Shown here piece after piece: positions 10,971-22,713 of a stretch of 64,000 nucleotides of DNA. Made by a program: the position numbers and the translations under genes. Location of the stretch: assembly GCA_965215885.1 (NCBI GenBank), contig CBDCEW010000104.1, positions 224,001 to 288,000 on the forward strand, given 5' to 3'. The notes beneath the pieces were generated by a model. The model saw only the letters and a list, made by a program, of their open reading frames with translations. It made no database searches and was not told the DNA's origin. The number at the start of each line of letters is the position of its first letter. The stretch's first letter is position 1. The stretch comes from Candidatus Moanibacter sp. (lineage in GTDB: Bacteria > Verrucomicrobiota > Verrucomicrobiia > Opitutales > UBA2987).

Positions 10971-12426
10971 GCCTCGTCAGCAGAATCTGTGGGTTATTTC
11001 GGGTTCAGGCAAGTCGCCCATGGTATGAAATAGGGCGATCTTAAGCACTTCGAAGCATCTGCGCGAAAGCGGGCCGTCCCGCTTTTCTGATAGTGAGATT
11101 TATATTGCGGTTAAAGCCCTCCACAATGCCGCAGGAAAAGGCCTTTTTGGCCCGAAACCAGTTGAGGATGAGCGGCTCGTGTTTGCGCACCGAGCGCACG
11201 AACCTTTTGATCGGTTTGAGGCGCGAACGCATGGCGCGCGTGCACCATTTTTTCAGATACCATTGGGCCCAGTAGGGACTTTTATAATGCCACAAGAGCT
11301 GAAAGCTCTCCTTTAGTAGATAGTTGCCCGCACGCTCTTCAGATCGTACCTTGGAGCACCTCCTTGAGGCGGATCTGTTGGGTGGGGGTGAGACTTTGCG
11401 GATTTTTGAAGAAACAGTATTTGCTGAACCCGGACACTTTGACCAGCACGTTGATCCTAGCCGTCCCGAATTGCAGTTCACCTGGCTTCCGCAGCACGAA
11501 TCCATTGAGGGCCTTGTTCAGATTGGCTACCAAGTGGAAGCGATCTGCAGCGCCTGGGGTGCCTTTTTCTTGATCACTTTCAGGAGGTAAGGCTTCCACA
11601 GATCCGAGCAGACGTAAAGCTCGTAAATTCCCAGAAAAAACGCAAGAGCGATTTTACGTTGCGCTTATTGAATACGCCCAATTCGTCAAGCTGGTATGAC
11701 CACGGTGAGATTGATGCCTCGATGATACTGCACCTCATCGACTCCGATCGCCTCAATCCCGCTCATCGCGCCGTTTGGCCCCCAACGCACCATCGTCCTT
11801 CGACCGACTCGAAGACGTTGCGCCAGTTACCCTTGCCGTCTCTTCCCAGCTCAAGCGCCTCGCCCACTGGGCCAGAAACCATTGCATAGGGTACGGCCAA
11901 CTCAGATGACTCTTGCCCTTGGCCCAGGGCACCTCTTCGACCTTCACCCCGCACCGCCGGCAATTGACCCGCCGCATGCGGTAACGAAAATACACCTTCA
12001 TCCCCCACAAGGGCACAAATTCAAAATGCCTCGCCTCGCTCATGTGGTCGTAGCCGCTGGCCGTCCGGCCACACCCCGATACAGCACACCCGAGATTCTT
12101 GCGCGGCTCAATCTATCGCCTCCACCCCGATTTCACCATTTCCATACTCGCCTTTGCGTAAACAAAGCTCTTGAGGTAGCACCGATTCAGTAGCGTTTTG
12201 ATGAGCACTGGGTCCTCCGTGTTCAGGATGTATGTACTACTTTCATCCTCGGAACGGCCCGGTGCTTCAACCTTTCAATCCCATATGCAAAGAAAACACC
12301 GACCAGCCTTTCTCCGGCTGTGGAGGAGCGGGATTCAGGGCAGCGCCCTGACTTCTCCTTGTGCTCACCGACTCTACTTTCCTCTTGTAAGCGACGTTAC
12401 CCACCCACAGATTCTGCTGTAGACCC
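10971..12426 (-). mobile_element. Degenerate ISL3-family IS
   Basis: IR cores CAGCAGAATCTGTGGGT / ACCCACAGATTCTGCTG; 8-bp TSD ATTGTTTT at 10963-10970 and 12427-12434; transposase fragments RVNCRRCGVKVEEVPW, DRFH, SCGIVEGFN; GTG start at 12208. Confidence 0.9.
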
Positions 12427-13867
12427 ATTGTTTTCATGTATGTATTTTGTGACAGCGTCCATGCTGTATGGAGCACGACTAATTATCGATTTCCCCGTAA
12501 CGGTGGATCAGGTCGTAAATGAGCTCACTTTAGGAGAGGCCGAACCTTCGGGCACCGGATTGGTGGTTTTCGATACTGAAACAAGCCTATTGGAGTGGTC
12601 GATATCCTACGAGGGATTGACGGGAGCACCTACTGCGATGCATTTTCACGGGCCGGCGGCGGCGGGAGAGGCAACTGGTGTTGATTTGGGAATCGACGAA
12701 TTCGGGGAGGATTCGAGTGTGGGCAGCGCTACCTTAACGGCCGAGCAGGCAGCGAGTCTGACGGACGGGCTCTGGTATCTGAACATCCACACGGCGGCGA
12801 ACTCGGCGGGCGAGATCCGCGGACAAGTGGTAGCGGATGCCGCCGTGTTGCCGTTCGATTTTCCCCTTTCAGTGAATCAGACTGTAAATGAGGTCGAACT
12901 GGGTGAGGCGACACCTCAGGGAAGCGCGATTGTGACTTTTGACCCGAGGGCTGGGCTTCTCAAATGGATGATTGCGTTCGACGGGCTGACCGGGCCGGCG
13001 ACAGCGATGCATTTTCACGGGCCAGCAGCGGCGGGAGAAGCAACTGGTGTTGATTTGGGAATCGGCGAATTCGGGGAGGATTCCAGTGTGGGCAGTGCTA
13101 CGATAACGGCGGAGCAGGCCGCGAGACTAAAGGGCGGCAATTGGTATCTGAACATCCATACGGCGGCGAATGGGGCCGGTGAGATACGCGGGCAGGTTGT
13201 TCTTCAGCCCCAAGTGTGGGTGTTCGATTTTCCGATTTCTACGGATCAGCCCGTGAATGCATTGACTTTGGATGGATCGACTCCCAGCGGTACGGCGTTG
13301 GTCACTTACAACACGGAGACAAATCTGTTGTGGTGGTTCATCAGCTATGAAGGGCTCACTGGTGCGCCGACGGCAATGCATTTTCATGGACCGGCGGCTG
13401 CGGGGCAGACTGCCGGTGTAGACCTGGGTATCGGAACATTCGACGATAGTTCGAGTGTCGGTAGCGCTACATTAACATCCGATCAGGTGGGCCTTCTCCG
13501 GTCGGGGCTCTGGTATCTGAATATTCATACGGCAGCGAATGGGGGTGGCGAGATCAGGGGACAGGTTGAAATGCAGGATGGGGTAGAAGTTTTCGATTTC
13601 CCGATAACAGCAGCACAGGCTGTTAATGATATCGAACTCGGTGACGCTACGCCGAGTGGTCATGCGCTCGTGACATTCCATGCGGAATCGGGACTGGCGA
13701 AGTGGTCGATCAACTATGACGGTTTGACCGGTCCTCCCGTAGCGATGCATTTTCATGGTCCGGCGCTCGCCGGCGAATCAGCCGGAGTCGACCTCGGGAT
13801 TGGAGATTTTGACGATAGTTCAAGTGCGGGGAGCGCCATCCTGACGGCGGATCAGGAGGACCTTTTA

Positions 13868-13959
13868 ATCGCTTCGGGTTTAATTCCCCGAAGCTTGCTT
13901 CGTTTCTAATTCATAAAGTCTAATATCAAATGCCTCGGGGCTTGCCCCGAGGATCTTTA
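13868..13959. mobile_element. ~92-bp non-autonomous hairpin element (PATE/IS200-IS605-end-like) inside the fourth CHRD domain
   Basis: Hairpins GCTTCGGG..CCCGAAGC and CCTCGGGG-CTTG-CCCCGAGG; removing 92 bp restores EDLLxTGFWYLNIHT; boundary uncertain by a few bp. Confidence 0.7.
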
Positions 13960-16175
13960 CCGACAGGTTTCTGGTATTTAAATATTCATACTGGAGCGAA
14001 TGGGGGAGGCGAGATCCGTGGACAGGTGGAGCAGCAGCTGGACCTTGTCATCTTCGACTTTCCGGTTGATACGGATCAGGTTGTAAACGCACTTGAGCTT
14101 GACGGCGCTACCCCGGAAGGGAGCGCACTCGTCACCTTCGATCCGTTGACGAGACGGTTGATGTGGGTCATTACCTACGAGGGGCTGACAGGCGCTCCCA
14201 CGGCGATGCATTTCCATGGCCAGGCAGCAGCGGGTCAGACGGCGGGGGTTGATCTGGGGATTGGGACATTTGATGAGATTGGAAGCGAGGGAGCAGCGAC
14301 GCTGACGGCCGAGCAGGCGGACAGTCTCATGGGCGGACTTTGGTATTTGAATATTCACACTTCTGGGAATGGGGCGGGAGAGATTCGGGGACAGGTTGTC
14401 CGCGAACCGGGAGTATACGCTACGTCTTTTCCGATCTCTGTGGATCAGGTGGTTAACGACCTCGATGTCGATGGCGCCACTCCGTGCGGGAAGGGAGTCG
14501 TCACATACCGGGCGGACTCCAACCTGCTGAAATGGCATGCTACATTCGTCGGATTGACCGGTTCTCCAACAGCGATGCATTTTCATGGTCGAGCACTCGC
14601 CGGTGAAACGGCTGGTGTGGACCTCGGCATTGGGGATTTTGACGATGACTCAAGCTCGGGAAGCGCAGTATTGTCTGCTGAAGAGGCAGCCGATATGCGG
14701 ACAGGGTTCTGGTATCTCAATATTCATACGGCTGCAAATCCGGCGGGCGAGATCCGGGGCCAGGTGTCCGCGCAGGTAGGCATCTCGGCATTCGAATTTC
14801 CGTTGACGACCGCGCAAGCGGTTAACGATGTGACGGGGTTGGATTCGTCTTTTGGCTTTGGTTCTCGACTTAATCCCGTGGGCGATGCCTTAGTGACATT
14901 TAACAGCCGGAGCAATCTCCTGGAATGGAGCATCAATTACAGCGGACTTACGGGGCCGCCTACGGCGATGCACTTTCACGGACCGGCCGAGCCCGGAGTA
15001 GCCACGGGTGTTGATTTAGGGATTTCGGTCTTTGATGAGAGTTCCAGTTTGGGAAGCGCGGTTCTTACGGACGAACAGGAGTTACGCCTGACCACCGGCC
15101 TATGGTATTTGAACATTCACACCGCCACAAATCGGGCCGGAGAAATTCGCGGGCAAGTGATCTCGGAGGTGCTGGACGGTATGGCCGAGCAGGTAGACTT
15201 TGGCACTGCCTTCGAAGGCAACACCTATAACGGCTTTCAAATGACAGGGCCGACCGCCACCTTCGCCTCAAACGCCGGCGAGATCACGCGCGTCTCCTTC
15301 CTTGATCCGGATGGTGACCTCGTATTTGCGGAGTTCGGCAGCGACGACCCCAATACCACACTCAGGGTTGATCTGGAAGATTTTCAAGGCGATGTCCTTC
15401 CGCCCTACAGACAACCGGGTATCACCTATTCGCAGGGTCTCGCCTCCTTTACGATCGAAAATTCCACGGCCCTGACCTTCTTTTCGGTCTTTTCCCTCGG
15501 CAACGACCCCTCGCGGATCGATGCCGCCCTCATCAGGTCGGACAGCTTCTCAGGCGATGTCGACGGAATCGCTGATATTCGATCGATAACAATCGCCGCG
15601 CCCGCCACCGAAATTGGGGCGATTAACGCGGCCAATGCGAATTTCATCGCGAGCGACGGCATCATAGGAATAGATGCGGAGGATGTAGAAGTGGGGTTCT
15701 TTCTTTTCATCGGCGACATCACCCCGTCGGTCTCCGCTGATCCGCGCATCCGCGTTAGCGCTCAATCGACTATTACGGAGATTCTTATCAGTGGAGGAGG
15801 CCTGGCGGAGGCTACGGGAAACCGTCAAATCGACACCAACGGAGTGATCTACGCGTTTCCCATTGCCGCGAGCGACGGTCAACGCTCCATCAGCGATAGT
15901 GACCTACGTCCGGATATCGACAACGGGAGCCTCGATGCGGTCCTCGATACTTTTTTCGGCGATATCGACGCATTTTTCGAGACTGACGGTCAAAGTGTGA
16001 TCGCGATCGTGCCGGAGCAGTAGTGCTTTCCTTGATGTAAGTGTGGAAATTTCAAAAGCACGTGGCAAATTGCTTGGGCGGCTCGCCTTCGCGCGAGGCT
16101 ACGGCGAGGCAGGCTGACCACGAAAAACAGCCGCTTCTTATTCTGCTGCAAAAGTCGTCGTTTCGGAATCCTCGA

Positions 16176-16248
16176 CCACGTTCTTGCGAACGCGGCTACA
16201 AGCATTAACGACTCACAGATCAGAGTAGCCGCGTTCGCAAGAACGTGG
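16176..16248. repeat. REPIN 1 (inverted GTAG-REP doublet)
   Basis: CCACGTTCTTGCGAACGCGGCTAC-25 nt-GTAGCCGCGTTCGCAAGAACGTGG. Confidence 0.85.
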
Positions 16249-16575
16249 GGAAGTTCAGGAGAATCCACTTCTAAGTCTTGACAATTTGTTTGCTGCAAAG
16301 ATCGAACTAAAGAATCCCGCTGAGCGGGAACACGCTAAACACCTTCAGCCTCCTTGTCATCGAGGAATTTGATTGCCACTCCGACTGATATGGTGTATCA
16401 GAGGGAGCTAGTTTAGAGAGTCTTGGTAGCTCTCTCTACCGCTACTGCTTCGGAAGCACTCCATTGAGCATTTTTGGTTGTATAGTTCAGACGCTTTGGA
16501 TGTGGAAGAATCGTCCTTGGGAAAGTGCATCAATGTTGGCATCCAGTTTAGCCAGTGGGGTTGCTTAATTCGAAA

Positions 16576-19500
16576 ATGAGAGTGCGAGTATTTGGCCTTG
16601 CCGGATTCATACTCACTTCGACACTCGTTTTAGACGGAGGGAGTTCGAGTTACGTTTGGGACGGTAGTGTCGATAACGATTGGTTCAAAGCCCTGAACTG
16701 GACTCCCTCGGCCGGTGCCCCTCCCGGTCCATCGGACACGGCAACGATAAACTCGCTCACCGTAGACATATCCGGAAACACTGACGTCGAAGTTGCATTC
16801 CTCAATATGAACGGCGGCACTCTCACCGGTAATGCTACTATCACCGTGACCGGGAATTTGGACTGGACGGGAGGGGACTTTGGCGGGAGCGGAAACGTGG
16901 ATCTCACCAATACGGCGGCGCTCCTGATTTCCGGGGGCGACGGAGGACGCGATCTGAATGAACGCACCTTCAACCAGGCCGGCACAACAGTGTTTGAGCC
17001 AAGCGACACGGTGAGGATGGGGGATGGAGCGGTCTTCAACAATCAGGTGGGCGCCCTCTTTGAGATAAAAACCGACCAGTCTTTTGATTACAACAACGTG
17101 CCGCCCGAGCCGACTTTGAACAACCTGGGCACGCTGCGCAAGTCGATGGGCAACGGCACCAGTACGATCGACATCGCGGTGAACAACTCCAGTCCGGTGG
17201 AGGTGCAGACCGGGAGGCTGAGACTTACCCGTGGGGGAAACAGCAGCGGAGACTTCACGGTGAGCGCGGGTGGCATACTGGACTTTGGCGGGGGCACCCA
17301 CAGCATCGCCCTTGCCGATGGAAAGAGTATGAGCGGGGCGGGGACGGTGCGCTTCAGCGCAGGCACCACCAATATCAGCGGTAACGGTGACTACAACGTC
17401 ACAGGGGTTACCGAAGTGACCGGGGGCACGGTCAATTTCAACAGGGACGCAAATACGGTTAATACGCTTCTAAGCGCAGGTATCCTGGCAGGAAGCGGTT
17501 TGGTGACAGTGACGGGGAACCTGGACTGGACCGGAGGGGACTTTGACGGGAGCGGGAACCTCGACCTGACCGACGCGGTAACCTTTACGATCAGCGGGGG
17601 AGCGGGGGGACGTGACTTGAATGAGCGCACCCTCAACAGTGCGGGGACAACGGTATTTGAGCCGGGCGACACGGTGAGGATGGGGCAGGGAGCGCTCTTC
17701 AACAATCAGGTCGGCGCCCTCTTTGAGATAAAAACCGACCGGTTTTTTGATTACAACAACCTGCCGCCCGAGCCCACCTTCAGCAACCTGGGCACGGTGC
17801 GCAAGTCCGCCGGCACGGGCACCAGCACCTTCGATATTGCTTTCAACAGCGACGATACGGTGGAAGTGGAGACGGGCACGCTCGATATTACCCGCGGGGG
17901 CAGCAGCGACGCGAGCTTCGAGATCTCGGGCAATGCGACATTCCGGCTTTCGAGCAGTTACAGTCTGAATGACGGAGCGACATTCAGTGGAGCGGGGACA
18001 TTGAAGCTAAACAGTGGGTTGACAACGGTCACCGGTGAAGTATCGGCGGTGACCGTTGAGCACGACGGAGCGGATCTGATCGGCAGTGGCAACTTAACGG
18101 TAAGCGACACGTATGATTGGGTGAGCGGAGATATGGACGGGAGCGGTTCGACTACGATGCCGAATACGGGCACTCTGAATATCGGTGGGGGCGACGGAGG
18201 GCGCGATCTGAACGAACGCACCTTCAACCAGGCCGGCACAACGGTGTTTGAGCCAAGCGACACGGTGAGGATGGGGGATGGAGCGGTCTTCAACAATCAG
18301 GTGGGCGCTCTCTTCGAGATAAAAACCGACCAGTCTTTTGATTACAACAACGTGCCGCCCGAGCCGACCTTGAACAACCTGGGCACGCTGCGCAAGTCGA
18401 TGGGCAACGGTACCAGCACGATCGACATCGCGGTGAACAACTCCAGTCCGGTGGAGGTGCAGACCGGGAGGCTGAGACTTACCCGCGGGGGAAACAGCAG
18501 CGGAGACTTCACGGTGAGCGCGAGTGGCATACTGGACTTTGGCGGGGGCACCCACAACATCGCCCTTGCCGATGGAAAGAGTATGAGCGGGGCGGGGACG
18601 GTGCGCTTCAGCGCAGGCACCACCAATATCAGCGGTAACGGTGACTACAACGTCACAGGGAATACCGAAGTGACCGGGGGCACGGTCAATTTCAACAGGG
18701 ACGCGAACACGGTTAACGGGCTTCTGAGCGCAGGCATCCTGGCGGGAAGCGGTTTGGTGACAGTGACCGGGAACCTTGACTGGACCGGAGGGGACTTTGA
18801 CGGGAGCGGAAACCTCGACCTCACCGACGCGGTAACCTTTAGGATCAGCGGGGAAGCGGGGGGACGGGACTTGAATGAACGCACCCTCAACAGTGCGGGA
18901 ACAACGGTATTTGAGCCGGGCGACACGGTGAGGATGGGGCAGGGAGCGCTCTTCAACAACCAGGCAGGCGCTCTCTTTGAGTTCAAAACTGACCGGTTTT
19001 TTGATTACAACAACCTGCCGCCCGAGCCCACGTTCAGCAACCTTGGGACCGTGCGCAAGTCCGCGGGCTCGGGAACGAGCACGATTGACATCAGTTTTTC
19101 AAATTCTGAATCGATTGAGATTCTCACCGGCACCTTGAGTTTTACTCGAGGATTTACTCAGACGGCAGGAAGCACGACATTAAGTGGTGGCGACCTTACG
19201 TCCAGTCAGGTGGTCGACATCCAGGGAGGTGTGCTTGGCGGCAGCGGCCTCATCACGGGTTTCGTTAGTAACGCAGGAGAAGTAAGCCCCGGATCTTCTT
19301 CGGGAAATCTGGATATCGTCGGTAATTATACCCAAACCGTCAATGGCGTTCTCAACATCGAGATCGGAGGTCCAGGGTAAAAGGATTCCAGGAAGCAACT
19401 AGCTGATAAGCAAGAAGATAAAAAAAGAGCTAAACAAACCCGAGGGAATCAGTCATGTTAAGATGGGATGAAAGACAAAAAATCTTACCAACTGAATCCT

Positions 19501-21452
19501 TCGATAGATCGTTTAACTCTGCGTCTGGTCCTGCCCGAAGAGCAGGAGCGATTCAATGATCTATTGAAACAACATCATTATTTACACAGTGCGGGCAGCG
19601 CAGGAGAGACCCTGCGCTATGTGGCGCAGATCGACGGGCAATGGATGGGCCTGCTCTTGTGGGGGGCCGCATCCTACCGGCTGAAGGATCGAGACGAATG
19701 GATCGGGTGGGACGGGGCGCAACGGCATGCACGATTGAAACTGGTAGTACAGAACCGGCGTTTTCTGATTTTGCCCGGGGTGGATCTTGCAAATTTGGCC
19801 TCCAAGACGTTGGGTATGTGCCTGAGAGTCTTAGCCGATCACTGGCAGGAGGCTTTTGGCTATCGTCCCTTAGTAGCGGAAACGTTCGTGGACCCACAGA
19901 TTCACCGGGGCACTTGCTACGAAGCGAACGGGTGGACGCCCTTGGGCTTGAGCGCGGGATATGGCCGCCAACGCGAAGATTTCTATCAACGCCATGAGCG
20001 TCCCAAGCAGATCTGGGTCAAACCCCTCAAGGCTAATGCCCTTGAGCTTTTGCGCGCTTCAGGGCCATTGCCCGCGGCACAGAGCCAGGCGCTCAATGAA
20101 ACCGATAACTCCCATGCGGTCTGCCTCAAAGTGGAACAGATGAGCAGCCTGTGGGAACGCTTCAATCAGATAGAAGACTTCCGTCGTAAAGCGGGCCTTA
20201 GATATCGGCTCGCCACGGTCCTGAGCATGATTGTGCTCGGCACGATGTGCGGCAAACAGACCCTCAAGGGCATCGTGCGCCTGGCCCATCATCTCAATCA
20301 AGCCCAATTGCGCGCCTTACGCTCCTGGAAAAACCCCAAAACAGGCCGCTATAAGGCCCCTTGCTATGATGTCTTCTATCGGGTCTTGCAAAACGTAAAG
20401 GCCGAGCTCTTCGATAAAACCCTCACCGAATTCATCTGCTTACAAGACGGCTGTTTGCCCCGCGATATTGCCGTCGACGGCAAGACCCTCAAAGGCACAA
20501 ACACCGAAGAATCAAAGGCTCTGCACCTGGTGGCCGCAGTCGATCACCAAAGCGCTCAAACCTTAGCCCAAGTCGCTACCGCCGATAAATCCAACGAGAT
20601 CACCGCCGCCCAGACTCTCTTGCGAAAGATGCCCATTTTGGACGGCTCCACCTTCACCTTCGACGCCATGCATAATCAAAAAGAAACTGCCCACATCGTC
20701 GTCGAAGAACTCAGTGCTGACTATGTTATTCAAATTAAAGACAATCAGCCCAACATGCATCAATACGCTCAGAATCTCTTCAGCTCCACCCCCTTTTTCT
20801 CCACCAACCCGTGGACAATGACCATGGGCGACTCGAAATACGTCAAATAGCAACCCATTCTCTAAGCGCTCCCTCTGCCGGCCTGCCCCATGCCCGCCAG
20901 TTCGCCTGTGTGCAACGCACCTTCCATTATCCAAACAAAGCTGAACCTTCCTCTGAACGCTCTTACTACGTAAGCAGTCTCGATCCCGCCGATTTGAGCC
21001 CTCAACAGTTCCTCTCGAAAATTCGCAACCATTGCTCGATCGAAAATAAAAATCATTACCCCAGGGATCGCTTCTTCGATGAAGATCGATGTATGATCCG
21101 TAATCATAACGCAGCCAGAATTCTTGCTGCATGCAGGCAACTGGTTCTCAGCCTCAAGTCTTCCATGGGCGCTGAATCCACTCCCGCACTCTGTGATGAT
21201 TTCGTCTTTAACTTACATAAGGCCATCAATATCATCACCTAATGCTCCGAGAATCAAAATACCGTGATCGGAGGTCCGACTCCCGGCACCGACTTTGACC
21301 TGCTCGATGTTACAGGCGCCGTCAACCTGGATGGAACCCTGAATGTTTCCCTCATCGGTGGCTATACACCGATGACATCAGACAGCTATGGGATTATCCC
21401 GAATCCCAGTTCGGTAAATGGAAGTTTCGCGACGGAGAATTTTCCTTCGTAA
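16576..21452 (+). pseudogene. Secreted beta-helix/adhesin-like repeat protein (~1000 aa) split by ISAs1 and probably truncated at the C-terminus
   Basis: Signal-peptide-like N-terminus; WDGSVDNDWFKALNW; four GGRDLNERT units; 1254-bp-period internal duplication; removing the IS restores EIGGPTPGTDFD. Confidence 0.85.
19373..21266 (+). mobile_element. ISAs1-family IS, copy 1 (1894 bp), encoding a DUF4338-transposase fusion (19468-20850, plus -1 frame to 21242)
   Basis: IRs CAGGGTAAAAGGATTC / GAATCAAAATACCGTG; 10-bp TSD ATCGGAGGTC; AVDGKTL, KSNEI, TFDAMH, IEN motifs. Confidence 0.95.
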
Positions 21453-21545
21453 GCGACCGTGTCCGCCCTCTCGTTTTTTCTCCCATCCCATAATCATATC
21501 ACGGTCGGCATCTTTGCGCTACAAGGTCGTTGCCCGGTCGCTTAC
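21449..21545. mobile_element. IS66-like miniature element
   Basis: Perfect IR TCGTAAGCGACCG (21447-21459) / CGGTCGCTTACGA (21535-21547); GTAAGCG is the IS66 terminal signature; no TSD. Confidence 0.55.
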
Positions 21546-21714
21546 GAGCTACCAGTTTGGTTGCCCGTTCGACAGGACTTCGACGAGCTCAGTCAAGTCG
21601 CTCAGGTCCTTGATCCCGTTCAGCGGGAGCAGGATGGCCCCAGTTGCTTTAGGATTGCAACAGGGGGATCGCTATCCACGATCACCTTTGGAGAATCAGA
21701 CTTGGCTGACGATC

Positions 21715-22524
21715 ATGAAAATCCTGGTAACCGGTGCTTTAGGTCTCGTTGGGGGAGTCGTGTATCGCCACCTCACGGGCTCGCTCAAAAATTTCGATGT
21801 TTTCGCCCTCGGCCGCAGGCGAGGCCATTCCGAGCGGACCGACGAGCAGACCCGGGTTACGGTCCCGGTGGACCGTCTCATTGTATCGGATCTATCGAAT
21901 CTTGAAGAGCTCACGGAATTGCTGAGCGGCTTCGAATGTGTCGTTCATATGGCCGCCTACCCCCGCGCTGAGGCGCCTTGGGAGAGCATTTCGACAAGCA
22001 ATATTCTCTCTTCCTACAATGTTTTCGAAGCTGGAAACCGGGCGGGATTGAAACGCGTCGTCTACGCGAGCACTGTTATGGTTTCGTGGGGTTACTACGA
22101 CGATGAACCGTATACGGCTTTGAGGAGAAAGGAATATAATGACCGGACGGCGAATCCGCCCAAGATCAAGACGACTGATCCAGTGCGACCGACGTGCCTC
22201 TACGCGAGCAGCAAGGTATTTGGGGAGGCGTTGGCGCGCACTTATGCCTCTGAGAGTGACTTATCCTGCCTCTGCGTGCGTATTGGCGCTGTAAACGCCG
22301 AGAATAAACCAGCTCCGGAATATCAGGATGTCTGGTGCAGTCACCGCGACATCGCTCAAATTGTGGAGAGATGTGTCCTGGCGCCTGAGGACCTGAGATT
22401 TGGGATATTCTACGGTGTCTCCGAGAGTCCGCGGAGATGGGTGGATATCGATAGTGCTGCTGAAAAGTTGGGTTATATGCCGCAGGATGATGCGGGTCAG
22501 TTTTTAAGTCCAAACGGCTCCTAG
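21715..22524 (+). CDS. NAD-dependent epimerase/dehydratase (uronate dehydrogenase-like extended SDR)
   Basis: ILVTGALGLVG, YASSK, VRIG, WCSHRD. Confidence 0.85.
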   Translation: MKILVTGALGLVGGVVYRHLTGSLKNFDVFALGRRRGHSERTDEQTRVTVPVDRLIVSDLSNLEELTELLSGFECVVHMAAYPRAEAPWESISTSNILSSYNVFEAGNRAGLKRVVYASTVMVSWGYYDDEPYTALRRKEYNDRTANPPKIKTTDPVRPTCLYASSKVFGEALARTYASESDLSCLCVRIGAVNAENKPAPEYQDVWCSHRDIAQIVERCVLAPEDLRFGIFYGVSESPRRWVDIDSAAEKLGYMPQDDAGQFLSPNGS

Positions 22525-22572
22525 GGTAGAGAAAACGGGGCATGTTCAACTTTTTACTCTGCTGAAAAACCA

Positions 22573-22645
22573 CCACGTTCTTGCGAACACGGCTACTGTG
22601 ATTCGTAAGTCGTTGATATATGTAGCCGCGTTCGCAAGAACGTGG
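22573..22645. repeat. REPIN 2
   Basis: Same REP doublet with a 25-nt spacer. Confidence 0.85.
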
Positions 22646-22713
22646 TCGCCAATATCGAAACGGCGACACTTTCAACAGAACCATTCTTGAGCTCTTTCTT
22701 TTTTCCATACGAT

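Larger units (their letters stand above)
10947..16023 (+). pseudogene. Secreted protein with 7 tandem CHRD domains and a ~280-aa C-terminal domain, interrupted by ISL3 and a ~92-bp palindromic element
   Basis: AGGAGG then ATG at 10947; seven MHFHG...WYLNIHT...GEIRGQV units across ORFs 12320-13909 and 13930-16023. Confidence 0.85.

Noticed and set aside
12320..12426. Track start of the CHRD ORF
   Set aside because: It lies inside the ISL3 end; the native start is at 10947
16400..16460. Hairpins upstream of the beta-helix gene as a riboswitch
   Set aside because: Two simple stems with no recognisable aptamer consensus
16933..19080. Diversity-generating retroelement TR/VR pair
   Set aside because: No reverse transcriptase; differences are mostly synonymous and not adenine-specific
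21418..21714. N-terminal extension of the SDR
   Set aside because: It spans the miniature element; the Rossmann motif starts at ATG 21715
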